NCBI RefSeq assembly: GCF_902459465.1
Contig: NC_047068.1
Location: 4,774,001 to 4,838,000, forward strand
Origin: Asterias rubens
Taxonomy: Eukaryota
Length of the DNA stretch: 64,000 nt
Direction: 5' to 3'
The position numbers were made by a program, and so were the translations under genes. Numbering within the stretch: position 1 is the first letter of the stretch; each line of letters starts with the position of its first letter. This document shows positions 24,601 to 37,500 of this stretch, in pieces. The notes under the pieces are model-generated. The model ran no database searches and was not told where the DNA came from. It saw only the letters and a program-made list of their open reading frames with translations.

Positions 24601-25930
24601 CAGAAAACAAAATACCTCCAGCTTCTTACAACTTTTCTAAGATGGCTTGGTAAGGACTTTTCTTTGCTTGGAAGTAACTATTATAGGGTTTGAGGCATTG
24701 CATGGTGAGGTATCAATATATATTTGGTTTGCGGTAACACCACGTGTGTATCTACTTGCCAGGTAGAGTTTGTTCTTACAGAACTGTCTTGCTTAATTCT
24801 ACTACCGCGGAGTGGATTGTTCGGGTGTTCGGGAGACTTCTCAGTTCTAAAAAGAACTGTCCTGCTTATTAACTATTACCTGGGCGGATGGTATAGAAAT
24901 AGGCTGGGACTACTACTTTAGCTTAAATGATCGTAATTAACTGTACTACAGCGGAGTCAGTTATTGGGTTGGTCTCAACGTTTCGACTAGCTTGCTCTAG
25001 TCATCGTCAGGAGACGTGAATTAACTATTACTATCAACTATTAAACTCGGATAAATCTCTTTCATGAGAAGGGTTTTTGCTCTTCATAAAAATAATTCAG
25101 ACCTGCATCTGTTTAACTAAATGTAAACTCCTGTCTGGGCATATTATTATTTCTCTGCAGCTTTTTCCATGATGATTGTCCTGGCTCTCATCGTCCTAGG
25201 TGGAGGCAAAGGTCAAGGTCGCCCAGTTGCCATCGGAGCTTTTGAAAGCATTCCTAACTTCTTTGGTGTTTGCGTCTACTCCTTTATGTGTCACCACTCA
25301 CTGCCATCATTGATTACACCCATCAAAAAGAAAACTAAATTATCAGTTCTTCTGTGTGGAGACTATACCATTATACTCTGCTTTTATCTCTTAATTTCAC
25401 TAACAGCAATCTTCACTTTCAAAACTGCCAACATACATGAAATCTACACATTAAACTTCTTTGGGAGTACTCATGTTACTCAAGTTATTCCAGTTCAGTA
25501 CTTCATTGCGCTGTTTCCTGTTTTCACTCTCAGTACCAACTTTCCAATCATAGCAATTACCCTTAGGAATAATGTGAAGATGTTGTTTGCTAGAGAAGGT
25601 CGTCCATACCACTGGACTATTGACCGTATTATATTCCCATTAGTAGCTCTTCTTCCAGGGGTCATTGTAGCTTTCATCACAACAGACGTGACCTTATTGG
25701 TGGGTTACACAGGCTCATATGCTGGCGCAGGTATCCAGTATATTATTCCAGCATTTCTGGTTTATTTTGGACGTAAGAAGACAGCCAAATTATTTGGTCA
25801 AAGCTGGAGTAATAAACACACATCACCTTTCAAGCATAAGTTATGGGTTGTTTTTGTGCTGTTGTGGGCAGTTCTGTGTATCGGCTTTGTTACTACTAAT
25901 CACATTATATCAGCAGTACAGAATTCTTAA
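9671..25930 (+). CDS. TMEM104: Transmembrane protein 104 (amino-acid transporter-like), 9 coding exons, 504 aa
   Basis: join(9671-9718,12734-12855,13014-13098,17864-17975,18271-18354,22859-22958,23130-23229,24556-24649,25161-25930), 1515 nt, GT-AG. Motifs TETGELYSP, FNLIVGTGALTMP, ERVEM..MASLFFNK, FGVCVYSFMCHHSLPSLITP and STNFPIIAITLRNN match TMEM104. Confidence 0.95.
11759..11875 (+). mobile_element. Isolated ~120-bp fragment of a non-LTR reverse transcriptase core
   Basis: Translates to ISGVPQGTVLGPLLFL...VTSSVRLFADD and is flanked by MITE-like ends. Confidence 0.75.
13229..13696. mobile_element. MITE with PIF/Harbinger-like ends inside the 51-bp array
   Basis: Imperfect TIR GGGTATGTTCAGACAGCGTACTAA / TTAGTACTGTGTCTGAACGACCTC. 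No clean TSD. Confidence 0.55.
14382..16282 (+). mobile_element. 5'-truncated CR1/L2-group (Crack/Daphne-like) LINE; RT domain with two nonsense codons
   Basis: RT motifs YRPISILP, DLSKAFDTLDH, GVPQGSILGP and LFSDD. Stops at 14542-14544 and 15772-15774, natural stop at 15892-15894. 3' AATAAA plus an (ATTGAA)-like tail. TSD TAGGCCT at 14375-14381 and 16283-16289. Confidence 0.93.
19368..21680. repeat. 47-bp minisatellite in TMEM104 intron 5, split by a LINE
   Basis: Unit ATAGTTGTTTGTCTTGGTGTAGTGATGAATGCATTATTGTGGCAGTT at 19368-19449 and 21454-21680. Confidence 0.9.
19521..21453 (+). mobile_element. 5'-truncated CR1/L2-group LINE with an open RT frame, sister family to 14382-16282
   Basis: 524-aa ORF 19512-21086 with DLSKAFDTIDH, GVPQGSILGP and LFADD. 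3' AATAAA plus a (GATT)n tail. Only a 3-bp TAG duplication at the junctions. Confidence 0.95.
22142..22713. repeat. 44-bp minisatellite, 13 copies, derived from a tRNA-SINE head
   Basis: Unit TAGCAATGGAAAGGTTGTGGGTTTGATTCCCACTCGAGTAATTT contains the B-box-like GGTTTGATTCCC. Confidence 0.9.
24725..25025 (-). mobile_element. Penelope-like element remnant in TMEM104 intron 8
   Basis: Contains a minimal hammerhead motif of the kind carried by Penelope-like elements. No ORF. Confidence 0.6.
24972..25015 (-). ncRNA. Minimal type I hammerhead ribozyme motif
   Basis: Minus strand GUCUC-CUGACGA-U-GACUAG-AGCAAG-CUAGUC-GAAA-CGUU-GAGAC. Stem I GUCUC/GAGAC, stem II GACUAG/CUAGUC, core boxes intact, palindromic AACGUU in place of stem III. 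Confidence 0.8.
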
Positions 25931-28581
25931 CGTTCCATCAAACTCCAAACTTGTGTAACATCTTAGTTTGTATTTTGTAATTTAAATGTTTATGACTTCC
26001 ATATGAACTCCAATTATTCTGAGTACATGTGCACTAAAATCCTTTCGAATAGCTTGCCCAAATTTGATGAATTTAGTAGCGTGTAAAAAAAGTTAATTTT
26101 TACAGTGTTGGGCATTCCAACCATATCAGGGTTGATGCTTGTTATAATGAATTCTGATAGATTGGCATCTGGTTTGCAGCAAAATAGATGGGTAGCATTT
26201 GTTCTACAAATCATGATTGTTTGGTGCCTCTTTCATTTTCTTATCTGTATTTAATGTCCCTTGAATTTTTGTGGTATTTTACTTGTATACATACACGTAT
26301 TCCCCATTGGCTTTATTTTATGAAATCAAATCAAATCTTGATAGAAAAATTGAATATGTATGAACTATACATCTATACTATAATAGCGCTTAAATCGCAT
26401 GGGCGCCGCCATTGTTGTTTTGGGCGCCGCCATGTTGTTTTCACGTCAAGTGGTGCCCGCACCCTGTTAAAATGATGCGTCCTGGGGTAAATTTCGGGGT
26501 ACCCGTGGGTTGGGGTCATGTGTTGTTTGTGACGTCACAGTCAAAGCGCGAGCGTGTAGTAACTTTGGGATTGAGGGCAGGCGTCCTTTGTGATGTCACA
26601 GTCACAGCGCCAGCGTCCAGTAACTTCGCGCGTACATACAGTGAAGAACAATGCATTGGATCGAGGCACAACGACATGACGAAGGCTGGTGGGGGTTATT
26701 AGAGCACGTTGTGGGACAGTTAGAAGGAAGGGGCATGCAGTGTGGTATGTCTGTTGCAATGGGGCGAAAAAATAAACTGGACAAAGAAGAAAAATACACG
26801 AAAGGGAGAACCACCCGACTGGCGGTACCCGCGCGGAATGGGGAAAGTTATGGGCCGGCAAAAAGTGCAAAGAACAATTCACGGGCGGGAAGGAGGCACG
26901 GGTTAGATTTGGGACAGGGACAGGAGGAAGGGGCACAAAGTGGTACGTCTGTGGAACGGGGGACGGGGGGAACAGCAAACATAAAATGACGGGGAAAATA
27001 AACAGGGCTGGGGTATGGAATCCTAAAAAACAAAAGGGACTATCATGATATGGGACATGGGACAGGAAAATATTAAACTGAATGGGGAGGGGGGGGGGGG
27101 GGAATCAATCCCATAAAACGGGAAAGAACCACAAACGGGACCTGTGTGAAACTGGAAAATATGAGTTATGGGCAAACAGTGACAAGCAAAGAACAATGCC
27201 AATGCATGGGATCGTGGGGACGGGAGGCACGGGTTAGACATGGGACGGGATATGGAAGGGGCACACGGTTGGACAGGGAGTTGGGGGAAAAAATGAATGG
27301 GGCTGGTGAGGGGGAAAAAAGAAAAGGGACTTGAAAACGATACAGGACAGGTAAATAATAAATTGAACGGGAACAAAATCAACAAAACGGGATATAAACG
27401 GGACTGAAAAGAAACCACTATCGGGACCCGCTGGAAACTATGTATGGGATCGACAAATAATGCCGAAACAGGAAAAAACGGACAAGTATACGATTTCACA
27501 AAGCACTAAGATTTGTCTTAACTTTGGATAGGTGGTTTGCCACAGTGATTTGTATTGTGACCCTGCCCAGCCACTAACCCTCCCGTGTACACAACGCTAC
27601 ACTTGCAGCATTTTATACGAAGAGCTTTCTTCGCTAGTGTAATGAAAGGGAGGATGTCAAGGTGAATTTTGTTTGTTTTCAATTTTGTTCTTACTCTTCA
27701 TTTTTATTTGTAGATTCTCTTGTTCTTTTTTACTTTGAGTCCGACTTATAAAATATTCAAAGTAGGTCAAGAACTCAAGACTCTACATGATAATAGAGTA
27801 GGATAAGTGCACTTTATAACGAGGCTGTTTATCACATCGAACCTTTGCTGGTAAAATTATTCTGTGCAAAGCTGAACTAAATTGTAATAATAATATCCAA
27901 CTTGGCTTAGTCAGATGATATTTTTAAAAAGATGGAAGTATTTTGCAGACGTTCACATGAATCAATAGTTATTGAAAAAAAGGTTAAATGAGAAGAGTTT
28001 ATTTATTTTTCTCATTGAAAGTAAATTAAGATTATGTAATAAATAATATATGTGATACCTTTTATGATATAGACACAATTACTGCGACAAAACTGACATG
28101 TTACAATAAAGAAACTTTTCAATTAATTGTATCGTGTAAAAAGAATTTCTTTATTTACAAATGTACATTATTTACTTTTTACAATGCAATTACTCTTTAA
28201 ACAGCGCATTAATAAAACTAAACATTTTGGGGTGATTTTTTTTCAAGCTTTTTTTGTCTGGTACTGCCCTATTTGTGGCAGTGATAACAGTCGCTTGCAT
28301 TTTCTAACTCAAGGTAGTTCATGTAGAAACAAAACATAAAGACTTGCATTACAAATGGACAACATTCATGCTTGGATGAACATCATTATGCTTTCCGTCT
28401 TATTTAAATGTCTTTTTACATCTTTCAAGAAAGTCTAAAAGCAAAAGAGGTTTATAAAAACATCCCAACAAATCTGCCCATCCTTTGTACTTGTTTACCA
28501 TTGTTCTTGAGAACGGAACATTTACGAAAGATTAATATATTATGGTTTTACAAATTGGCCTAACACCTCACAACCCTGCAA

Positions 28582-31500
28582 TCACTGCAGTACCCCTGAT
28601 TTTCTCTCTGGTGAAGGGCTCCATGTTCTGAGCCTATAACAGGCTGGGTATCGTGCACTATGACTCTTATGGTCTCTTATCTTTCTTGCACTGCCTCGTT
28701 CTGATCCAGCCTCGTGCTCCTTCCAAAAATCTTGCACTTTGAGTTTGATGTCTGCGTTCTCGTCACGCCATTCCCTCTGCCATTGACGTAGCTCCTGGAT
28801 GTGTTCTTCTTTTCGCACCTTTATCAGATTTATTGAAATAAGATTTTAATTGTTAAATATTTCATATATTGAACAAAGAATTAAACAAACATAAATAAGG
28901 CACAATGCTTGATTAATTCTTAAGTCAACTAGAAACATTTACTATGAACTTGAATAGAAACTAAGCCCCATATAGGGTAACTGTAACATGTCGACAAGGG
29001 TTTTTAACTAACGGAGCCCCCATATAGGGTAACCGTGTAACATGTCGACAAGGGTTTTTAACTAACAGAGCCCCCATATAGGGTAACTGTGTAACATGTC
29101 GACAAGGGTTTTTAACTAACAGAGCCCCCATATAGGGTAACTGTGTAACATGTCGACAAGGGTTTTTAACTAACAGAGCCCCCTTTTAGGGTAACTGTGT
29201 AACATGTCGACAAGGGTTTTTAACTAACAGAGCCCCCATATAGGGTAACTGTGTAACATGTCGACAAGGGTTTTTAACTAATCAGAGCCCCCATATAGGG
29301 TAACTGTGTAACATGTACAAGGGTTTTTAACTAACAGCCCCCATATAGGGTAACTGTGTAACATGTTGACAAGGGTTTTTAACTAACAGAGCCCCCATAT
29401 AGGGTAACTGTGTAACATGTCGACAAGGGTTTTTAACTAACAGAGCCCCCATATAGGGTAACTGTGTAACATGTCGACAAGGGTTTTTAACTAACGGAGC
29501 CCCCATATAGGGTAACTGTGTAACATGTCGACAAGGGTTTTTAACTAACAGAGCCCCCATTTAGGGTAACCGTGTAACATGTCGACAAGGGTTTTTAACT
29601 AACAGAGCCCCCATATAGGGTAACTGTGTAACATGTCGACAAGGGTTTTTAACTAACAGAGCCCCCATATAGGGTAACTGTGTAACATGTCGACAAGGGT
29701 TTTTAACTAACAGAGCCCCCTTTTAGGGTAACTGTGTAACATGTCGACAAGGGTTTTTAACTAACAGAGCCCCCATATAGGGTAACTGTGTAACATGTCG
29801 ACAAGGGTTTTTAACTAATCAGAGCCCCCATATAGGGTAACTGTGTAACATGTACAAGGGTTTTTATTAACAGCCCCCATATAGGATAACTGTGTAACAT
29901 GTTGACAAGGGTTTTTAACTAACAGAGCCCCCATATAGGGTAACTGTGTAACATGTCGACAAGGGTTTTTAACTAACAGAGCCCATATAGGGTAACTGTG
30001 TAACAAGGGTTTTTAACTAACAGAGCCCCCATATAGGGTAACTGTGTAACATGTCAACAAGGGTTTTTAACTAACAGAGCCCCCATTTAGGGTAACTGTG
30101 TAACATGTCGACAAGGGTTTTTAACTAACAGAGCCCCCATATAGGGTAACTGTGTAACATGTCGACAAGGGTTTTTAACTAACGGAGCCCCCATATAGGG
30201 TAACTGTGTAACATGTCGACAAGGGTTTTTAACTAACAGAGCCCCCATTTAGGGTAACTGTGTAACATGTCGACAAGGGTTTTTAACTAACAGAGCCCCC
30301 ATATAGGGTAACTGTGTAACATGTCAACAAGGGTTTTTAACTAACAGAGCCCCCATATAGGGTAACTGTGTAACATGTTGACAAGAATTTTTAACTAACA
30401 GAGCCCCCATATAGGGTAACTGTGTAACATGTCGACAAGGGTTTTTGGTATTCGGCAACTGGCATCGGTAATGTTTTGACCTTTTTCAGGAGACAGACGC
30501 TTCTAACCCTAACTATGCTAAAATTCTAAACTAACTGGCAAGGTGACCATAGATGAAGACATAAATAGCTAAAAAGCGGTATTTAAAAGATAGGTTTTTA
30601 TATTACATTTAAAAGAGATGAGTTTCTGTTCGCTACGTATGTGAAGCGGTAGCGCATTCCAGAGCTTAGGGGCTGCCACAGAAAAAGCCCTATCACCAAA
30701 TGTAGTCAACATTTTACCAGAAGGATAATCCAAGAAAATACCATTATTCCCTGACCTAAGTTTATAAAAAGATACTTTCCGGATGGAAACAAGATCCTGA
30801 ACATACTTTGGAGAAAGACCATGAATAGCTTTAAATGTCAACAACAGGATTTTAAAATGAATCCTGTGCGAAACAGGCAGCTAATGTAATTGACGAAGTA
30901 CAGGTGTGATGTGATCAAATCGATGTGTGTTCGAAACAATTCTGGCAGCTGCGTTTTGAACCCTTTGTAGTTTAGCTATCTGTGACTTTGGCAGACCATA
31001 CAAAAGGCTATTACAATAATCAAGACGACTGGTCACAAATGCATGAATGAGTTTTAAAAGAGAGTCTTGTGTAAGGATCTGACTAATGCGTTTGATGTTG
31101 TGAAGATGAAAAAAGGCAGCAGAGCAAGATTTATTGATGTGGGTGTTCATTGTAAGTTCAGAATCGAACCAAGACCCCCAGTTACGAACACATGTTGTAG
31201 GAAAAACAGTAGCTTCACCTATCATTATATTGGAAATATTAATTTTCTTCAATTGCTGCTTTGATCCGATGATCAAAAATTCACTTTTAGCATCATTAAT
31301 TAAAAGGTGGTCATGTATCATCCATTGCCTGATGTCCCTAATGCAATCTTCGATTAAAGTCACAGCAGCTTGACAAGATTTGTCGTCGTCGGGTCTAAAA
31401 GATAGATACAGCTGAGTGTCATCGGCATAGCAATGGACATCAGGAAAATGATGCTCAAGGATGTCAAACAATTTAGAGGCATAGACAATAAATAAAAATG

Positions 31501-34500
31501 GTCCTAAGCAGGATCCCTGAGGAACACCACAGTTGATGTTAAACTTCTCTGATAAGGTACCTTGAATGGATACACGTTGACTTCTATCTGACAAATAGGA
31601 CGAAAACCAATCAAGGGCCTTGCCAGTGACTCCACATTTAGACTGAAGACGTTTCAGCAAAATTACATGATCAACAGTATCGAACGCTGCACTAAGGTCT
31701 AAAAGGACAAGCAGAATCCTCATCAGTAAATCATTTTTAACCTTAATAAGAGCCGTTTCTGTACTATGATGCTTCCGGTAAGATGATTGGAGAACCGGAA
31801 ACATGGAGTGTTTTGACATGTGACTATAAAGTTGGTCACAAACAGCTCTCTCAGTTAATTTAGAAATAAATTGCAAGTTACTGATTGGACGGTAGTTTTC
31901 TAATTTCACGTCAAGATTGGGTTTCTTTAATAAAGGACATATTAAAGCTTCTTTCCAGTCAGTAGGAAATGTTCCAGAAACTAATGATGAGTTTATAATG
32001 TTGGTAATAACTGGAAGCAAAACATCAAGGCACTCACCCACAAGGTTAGTAGGCATGGGATCCAGAGCGCATGATCCCTTAGAAGAATTGACAACAAGCT
32101 GTTTTACCTGTGACTCGGTTAGTGGTATGAAACTATCAAACAGGATATTACTGGACATTGTTTCAGGTGTAAAATATAACGGCCTGTCCACAGAGGTTGA
32201 AACTTCCAAGTCATCAAGCTTAGCATGAATATTAGATATTTTCTTTACAAAAAAGCTACCCATATCATTGGCAAGAGACAGTTTATCTTTAAAAGGTGGG
32301 TAGAGGACGTCAACACTGTGCCCAAGCAGCTTTTTAGATGCTCTAAATAATTTCCTCTGGTCGGAACTATTACTTTCGATAAAGTCTTTGTAAAAACTGC
32401 AGCGAGCTTTATTAAGAAGAAAGGTAACCCTATTTCTAATAAGCTTATATTCTAAAAGATCAGAGACCATGTTTGTTCGTCGCCACTTCTTTTCTGCACG
32501 TCTCCTCATCCTCAAGGCAGAGTTGATGTCTTGACTAAACCAAGGAAGACGGGGCCTAGCGGTGACCAACTTGGACTTTAATGGGGCATGTGTATTAAAG
32601 GCACCAGCAAGCGTAGTATTATAACACTTGGTAAGCTCCTCAAGACCTTGAGGAGTGTCCCTGCACAGCCTAGAAGAGACTAAGTCGCCTTTCAAGCAAT
32701 AAATGTCAATGGATTTAATATCCCTGTAAACAATCTGTTTAGCTGGAAAACCAGACTTGTTTTGTTGCAAATTGCAAATAACAAAAAAATGATCAGAAAA
32801 GAGGTGGTGAGGTGTCGGGGGGCTGTTAAGAACCATGTCTGATTTCCTGGAATCAAGTGTGTGACCCATCTCATGAGTAGGTTTGTTAACATGTTGCTGG
32901 AGACCCATGGATTCAAGAAGTGACAAAAAACGTATAGTGTTTGGATCATCAGAGATGTCAACATGAATGTTAAAATCCCCAGTTATTAAAACTGGTTCAG
33001 AAGATAAAACAATGGATTCTAAATAATCAGAAAAATCATTGATAAACCGATTAACTGTACAAGGGTGGCTAGCAGAGTAAGGAGGCCTATCAATAATTAC
33101 AAGTCGTAATTTACACGAATTAATCCCTACAGACCATTCTGAAAACTCAAATGAGTCTAGTTCATCTCCAGCAATTTTCTTGACATTCAAATGGTCACGA
33201 AACAACAAAGCAGTGCCTCCCCCCACACGGTTTTTCTGGGGATGATCAAGCAATCTAAAACCAGGTGGGGTTGCTTCAAACTTGTGGGCAACATCCATAT
33301 CTGTAAACCAAGTCTCGGTAAGGGCAAACAAATCAGCCTTACTATTAATAGCATAAGAAACAAAACTAGCTGCTTTATTTTTAAGAGATCTGGTATTTAA
33401 GCAACAGAGTTTAAAAAGATCATCAGAGGGATCGGCAGGATTTACAACAATGTGTTTAAGTACAGGAGTGCGGTTTTCCAAAGCTCTCTCATTTATGAAC
33501 ATAATCAAGCCGGTGACCAATTTGAACAGGAATTTTACACTTATAGTTACAATGACCCACTCTATTACCCCTGAACCGAAGAATTCCATTTGCTTTCAGA
33601 ATAGAAAGCAATCCAGGCTGAATGGACAAGAAGTCTTACGGATACTAAAAGGCTGACCACGGGAATACATTATAGTACAATTACTAGACATGATAGAATG
33701 AGAACTATCTGAATGTATAAAATGCAACTCGTCATTACTCATGTTACTAGTGGATCCAATACGAGGACATGGGTTAACAGCAATATCCATAAATATTGTT
33801 ATGTCATGTGGAGGGTCATGACCAGGAATAACAAGAGTAGTTTGGCCATGTTTGGACCATTTTACTAATGGAACTTTAGAGAAATTAAACCCAGTACGGC
33901 ACAGCTGTAATGTCACCCCATAACAGGGTGAAAATTACACAACAAAATTAGTCAGACACATGTATTGGTCTGGAGACACAAAATACTCATTTCTGACAGT
34001 CACAGCATCAGAAAAGGTTTGAACCTGTGACTTATGTATGATGAAAATCAGATGTAAAAACACCAAGAGACGAGAACGGGCACTAAAGGCAACAACCATG
34101 ATGAGCACACGTTAAATAGTGTACTCGACCGGAGATAAAAACCACATCAAAAACATCAAAATAACAAGCAATACAAATCGGAAAAAGCACCAAAATATAT
34201 CATACAAAAGCACATAAAGCTTACCAAACACGTCAACAATAAATATAAAGACAATGCCAAAAACTCAGCAAAGATTAAATGGATAAAAATAAGCAAACAC
34301 TGGAGAGACAAAATAAACAGTGGCGGCTACAGAACAGCACCCTCAACGCTGAACAGAACAGCGCCCTCGACAAGGGTTTTTAACTAACAGAGCCCCCATA
34401 ATAGGGTAACTGTGTAACATGTCGACAAGGGTTTTTAACTAACAGAGCAATACTTATTGTAAGAAATGACTATAAATACTAAATATTAAATTGTCAACTT

Positions 34501-37500
34501 GCGGCTACTACCATGTACATGTATAATATCTGTATATGGTCTCCACAACAGTATACTCTGCTCGTCTTCAGGAGAATACTCCTTGTGTTCCCTTTCATTT
34601 CAGAATGTCTCTTGTATACAATTTTAAGTTTCATGGATTAAGAGTGTTGATCAAGTCTGCATAATAAACCTCAATAAAGCTGAATTACCTTGTAGCCTCT
34701 GAAGAATGACTGGATGACAATAGCAGCTTCATGTTCTGTCCATATGAGTGACAAGGGAAGGGGTGGTCTGGGACTGCACAGGGAAATAACCAGGAAATAT
34801 ACATGTATATCAATTCAGATTGTTTTACTGATTTGGAAACCCAATTAAACATATATGTACACTATACAAGATAAATGGTGACTAGAAAGAGTCTACATAA
34901 CAAAATGTAGGATTGCAAACAACTGAATACTCACTTTTCTGCTAAAATCCGCTTAACGAATGGAATCTCCTCTAACTGGTCCAACTCTCTACCTTTGTAC
35001 TTGGGGTTGTGTCTGCAAAAGGAACAGTACAATATTCTTTATGTATTGATTTTTCATTCATGTCCATGGTGACATATCCTAATAATGTTATTCTAATACA
35101 CAAAGCTGGACTTAAAAAAAAAAACTGAAACCTCTACCATTGGACTACATACCCTCCATGGTTCTATTATGTCTCCTATACAAACATGCAAGTTTACCCT
35201 AACAAGGCTAAAAGGCACGCAAGACCAAAACATTCAGATGAAAAGGCAATGTAGGAATTTTATTTTTCTCTTATGTGGTTAATTTGTGGGATGAAGGACA
35301 CTGGGGCCTAATTTCATAGCGCTGCTTAGCGGCCAAATTTGTGCTTACTGTGCAATTTCTATTTCATAGTGCTGCTAACCGTAAGCACACGAAAAAGCAT
35401 GCTAACCTTCCGGTGCTTAACGCACGAAAATAAATGACGTCACAATGCAAATCCACGGTAAACACGCAATATGGCCGCCCAATTTTTCTGCTAACCTGTG
35501 AAATACGCTAAGGCTTAAGCCAATTTTCTGCTACAGTAAGCACGCAAATTTGCTTACCGTTAAGCAGCTATGAAACTGGGCCCAGGTTGTTAGTTCAAAA
35601 AGGATGTAGAGTGTGGGAAAAAGTGTTAATATAAAACAAAGATGAATGACAGGTAGAAGCTCCAGCCCAATGTGACAACCATAACCCCCTTACATCAATG
35701 TCAAACAAGACTTCTGTCTGTCACGAACACCATCTGAACCCAATTCCAAACCTTTGTTCTTTTTTCATACAAAATGTGGCTTACAAATATGGACAGGCAG
35801 CCACCATTGTTCGTTACATTTGGCTCATTAGGAGGTAAAAGTGAGAGTTCCATTTCCAAGAGTCGAGTATACCATGGAAGGTTAAAGATTAAGAACAACA
35901 AGTCCCAATAGCTATTACGAGAATTTGTTTTGTCTAATTTGTCAAGGCAGAGCTTGCTTCAAAAAGTTCTAAAATTAATACTGCATACACAGGCACAATA
36001 TATGTTTTCAAATACGGACCAGAAGTGGTTAAATGCTATAAAATTATAGTTGGAATAAAAACCCTTGACTGCAAAAACAATACCAAGAGGTTTTCAACGC
36101 TGTACACAGGGAGATAGGTCTGCATGAGCAGGTAAAGTTTCTATATTAATTACTGCATGTAGTTCAATGGTACACTGGCTAATAATGGTATTTCAAACAC
36201 CCAAGGATCAGTCAAACCTTTCTCCAAGTGGTTTAGCTGGCCAGATTAGTGACGAGGGAAAAAGCTAATGGACCAGTTGAATAATGAGCTAACTGGTTCT
36301 GCTCGCAAGTCACTGAAACAACTTTAATATCTGGATACTTTGGAATGGGATCCAAGTACAACATTTATTGCAACAATTTTTTGATTTACCTCCACAGATA
36401 TTCTGTCAAATAGTCACAACCATTGAATCGAAATCTCTTCCTCTGCAACGAAAAAACAGAACATGTTTTAAAATTGAATAAATTAAAGAAGTTTTTTTCC
36501 AATAATAATTCTTTTATAAAGACAAGAAAATTCAAATTGAAATTTGTTGCAACCAAATCGTTTTAGATAACTTTGTGTACACGGAGACAAGCCAAATGGA
36601 CCCCCTTTGCAATGAAATTTACTCTTCAGCTCAAACGGTTGGAAGTTCCATTTATGGTTGCTTAAAGTCAAAGAAGTTTTCTTATCATAAATAGATAGAA
36701 TAGATTAATTTATTGTCCACGTTAAAAAACAGAGAAACTTGACATCCACTGGCCAAATACAAGTATACACAACTAACTAACAATAGTGTAGAAAAACATT
36801 TTGCAATTTAAACAAATTATTAAAAAACTAATTATTATTCTTTATACTGCCGTGAAAGTATCTACACGTACACTTTACAGAAAGTGAGACGTATTTTAAA
36901 TGTAAACTTTCTCAAACTCTTTTGTTCTTGTTTCTTTTATTTACCTCAAAGCATTTTTCCTTCTTGGCTTGTTTCAACATAGCTAGCAATGCGGGAAGTA
37001 GCACAGGGAAGATGTAGTGTTCCAGATATTCTCGAGGCATACCTGTTTATTAGAACATATTATAGATATAAATCTGCACATGTAGGATTCCACATTCCTA
37101 CTGGACTCAGTAAGTTAAAGGATTTATCAATAAATTTATAATTGAGTAGGTTAGCATTTTATTTCATTTTTGCAATAACATAGGTCTTCCAGCTAATTTC
37201 TTAGTTGATCATTTTTATTTTGAGCCATTCAATTTTCAATGATTTTTTTTCTAATCAAACTTTTGGGGAATAGGTAAACCATCGGGCACACTTCCATGCC
37301 TGGATTTTCACCTTTCAAATGGCAAGGTTAATGTTCATTTTGCAAAGGGAACTTCCTTTGGAAAATCTTAAAAATCAGTAGTAAACTCTTGAAGGGGCAC
37401 CGAGGCCAAGACCAGGGGCAATAGAGGCCATGGCCTTTGTGGCCTGCATGTAATTTAAGGCTTCCTCGCAGGCATGTATTCTTTTTTCAAAGCACCTTAA

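Noticed and set aside
26541-27499. Pro- or Gly-rich ORFs of 112-158 aa
   Set aside because: Low-complexity artefacts of purine skew.
29327-30006. 18-aa periodic ORFs on the minus strand
   Set aside because: These are products of the 54-bp minisatellite.
30504-30512. AACCCTAAC as telomeric or Helentron sequence
   Set aside because: It is a single short match with no array or supporting structure.
14382-34366. Reverse transcriptases as a retron, DGR or domesticated gene
   Set aside because: Motifs, 3' tails, TSDs, 5' truncation and nonsense codons all indicate ordinary non-LTR retrotransposon copies.
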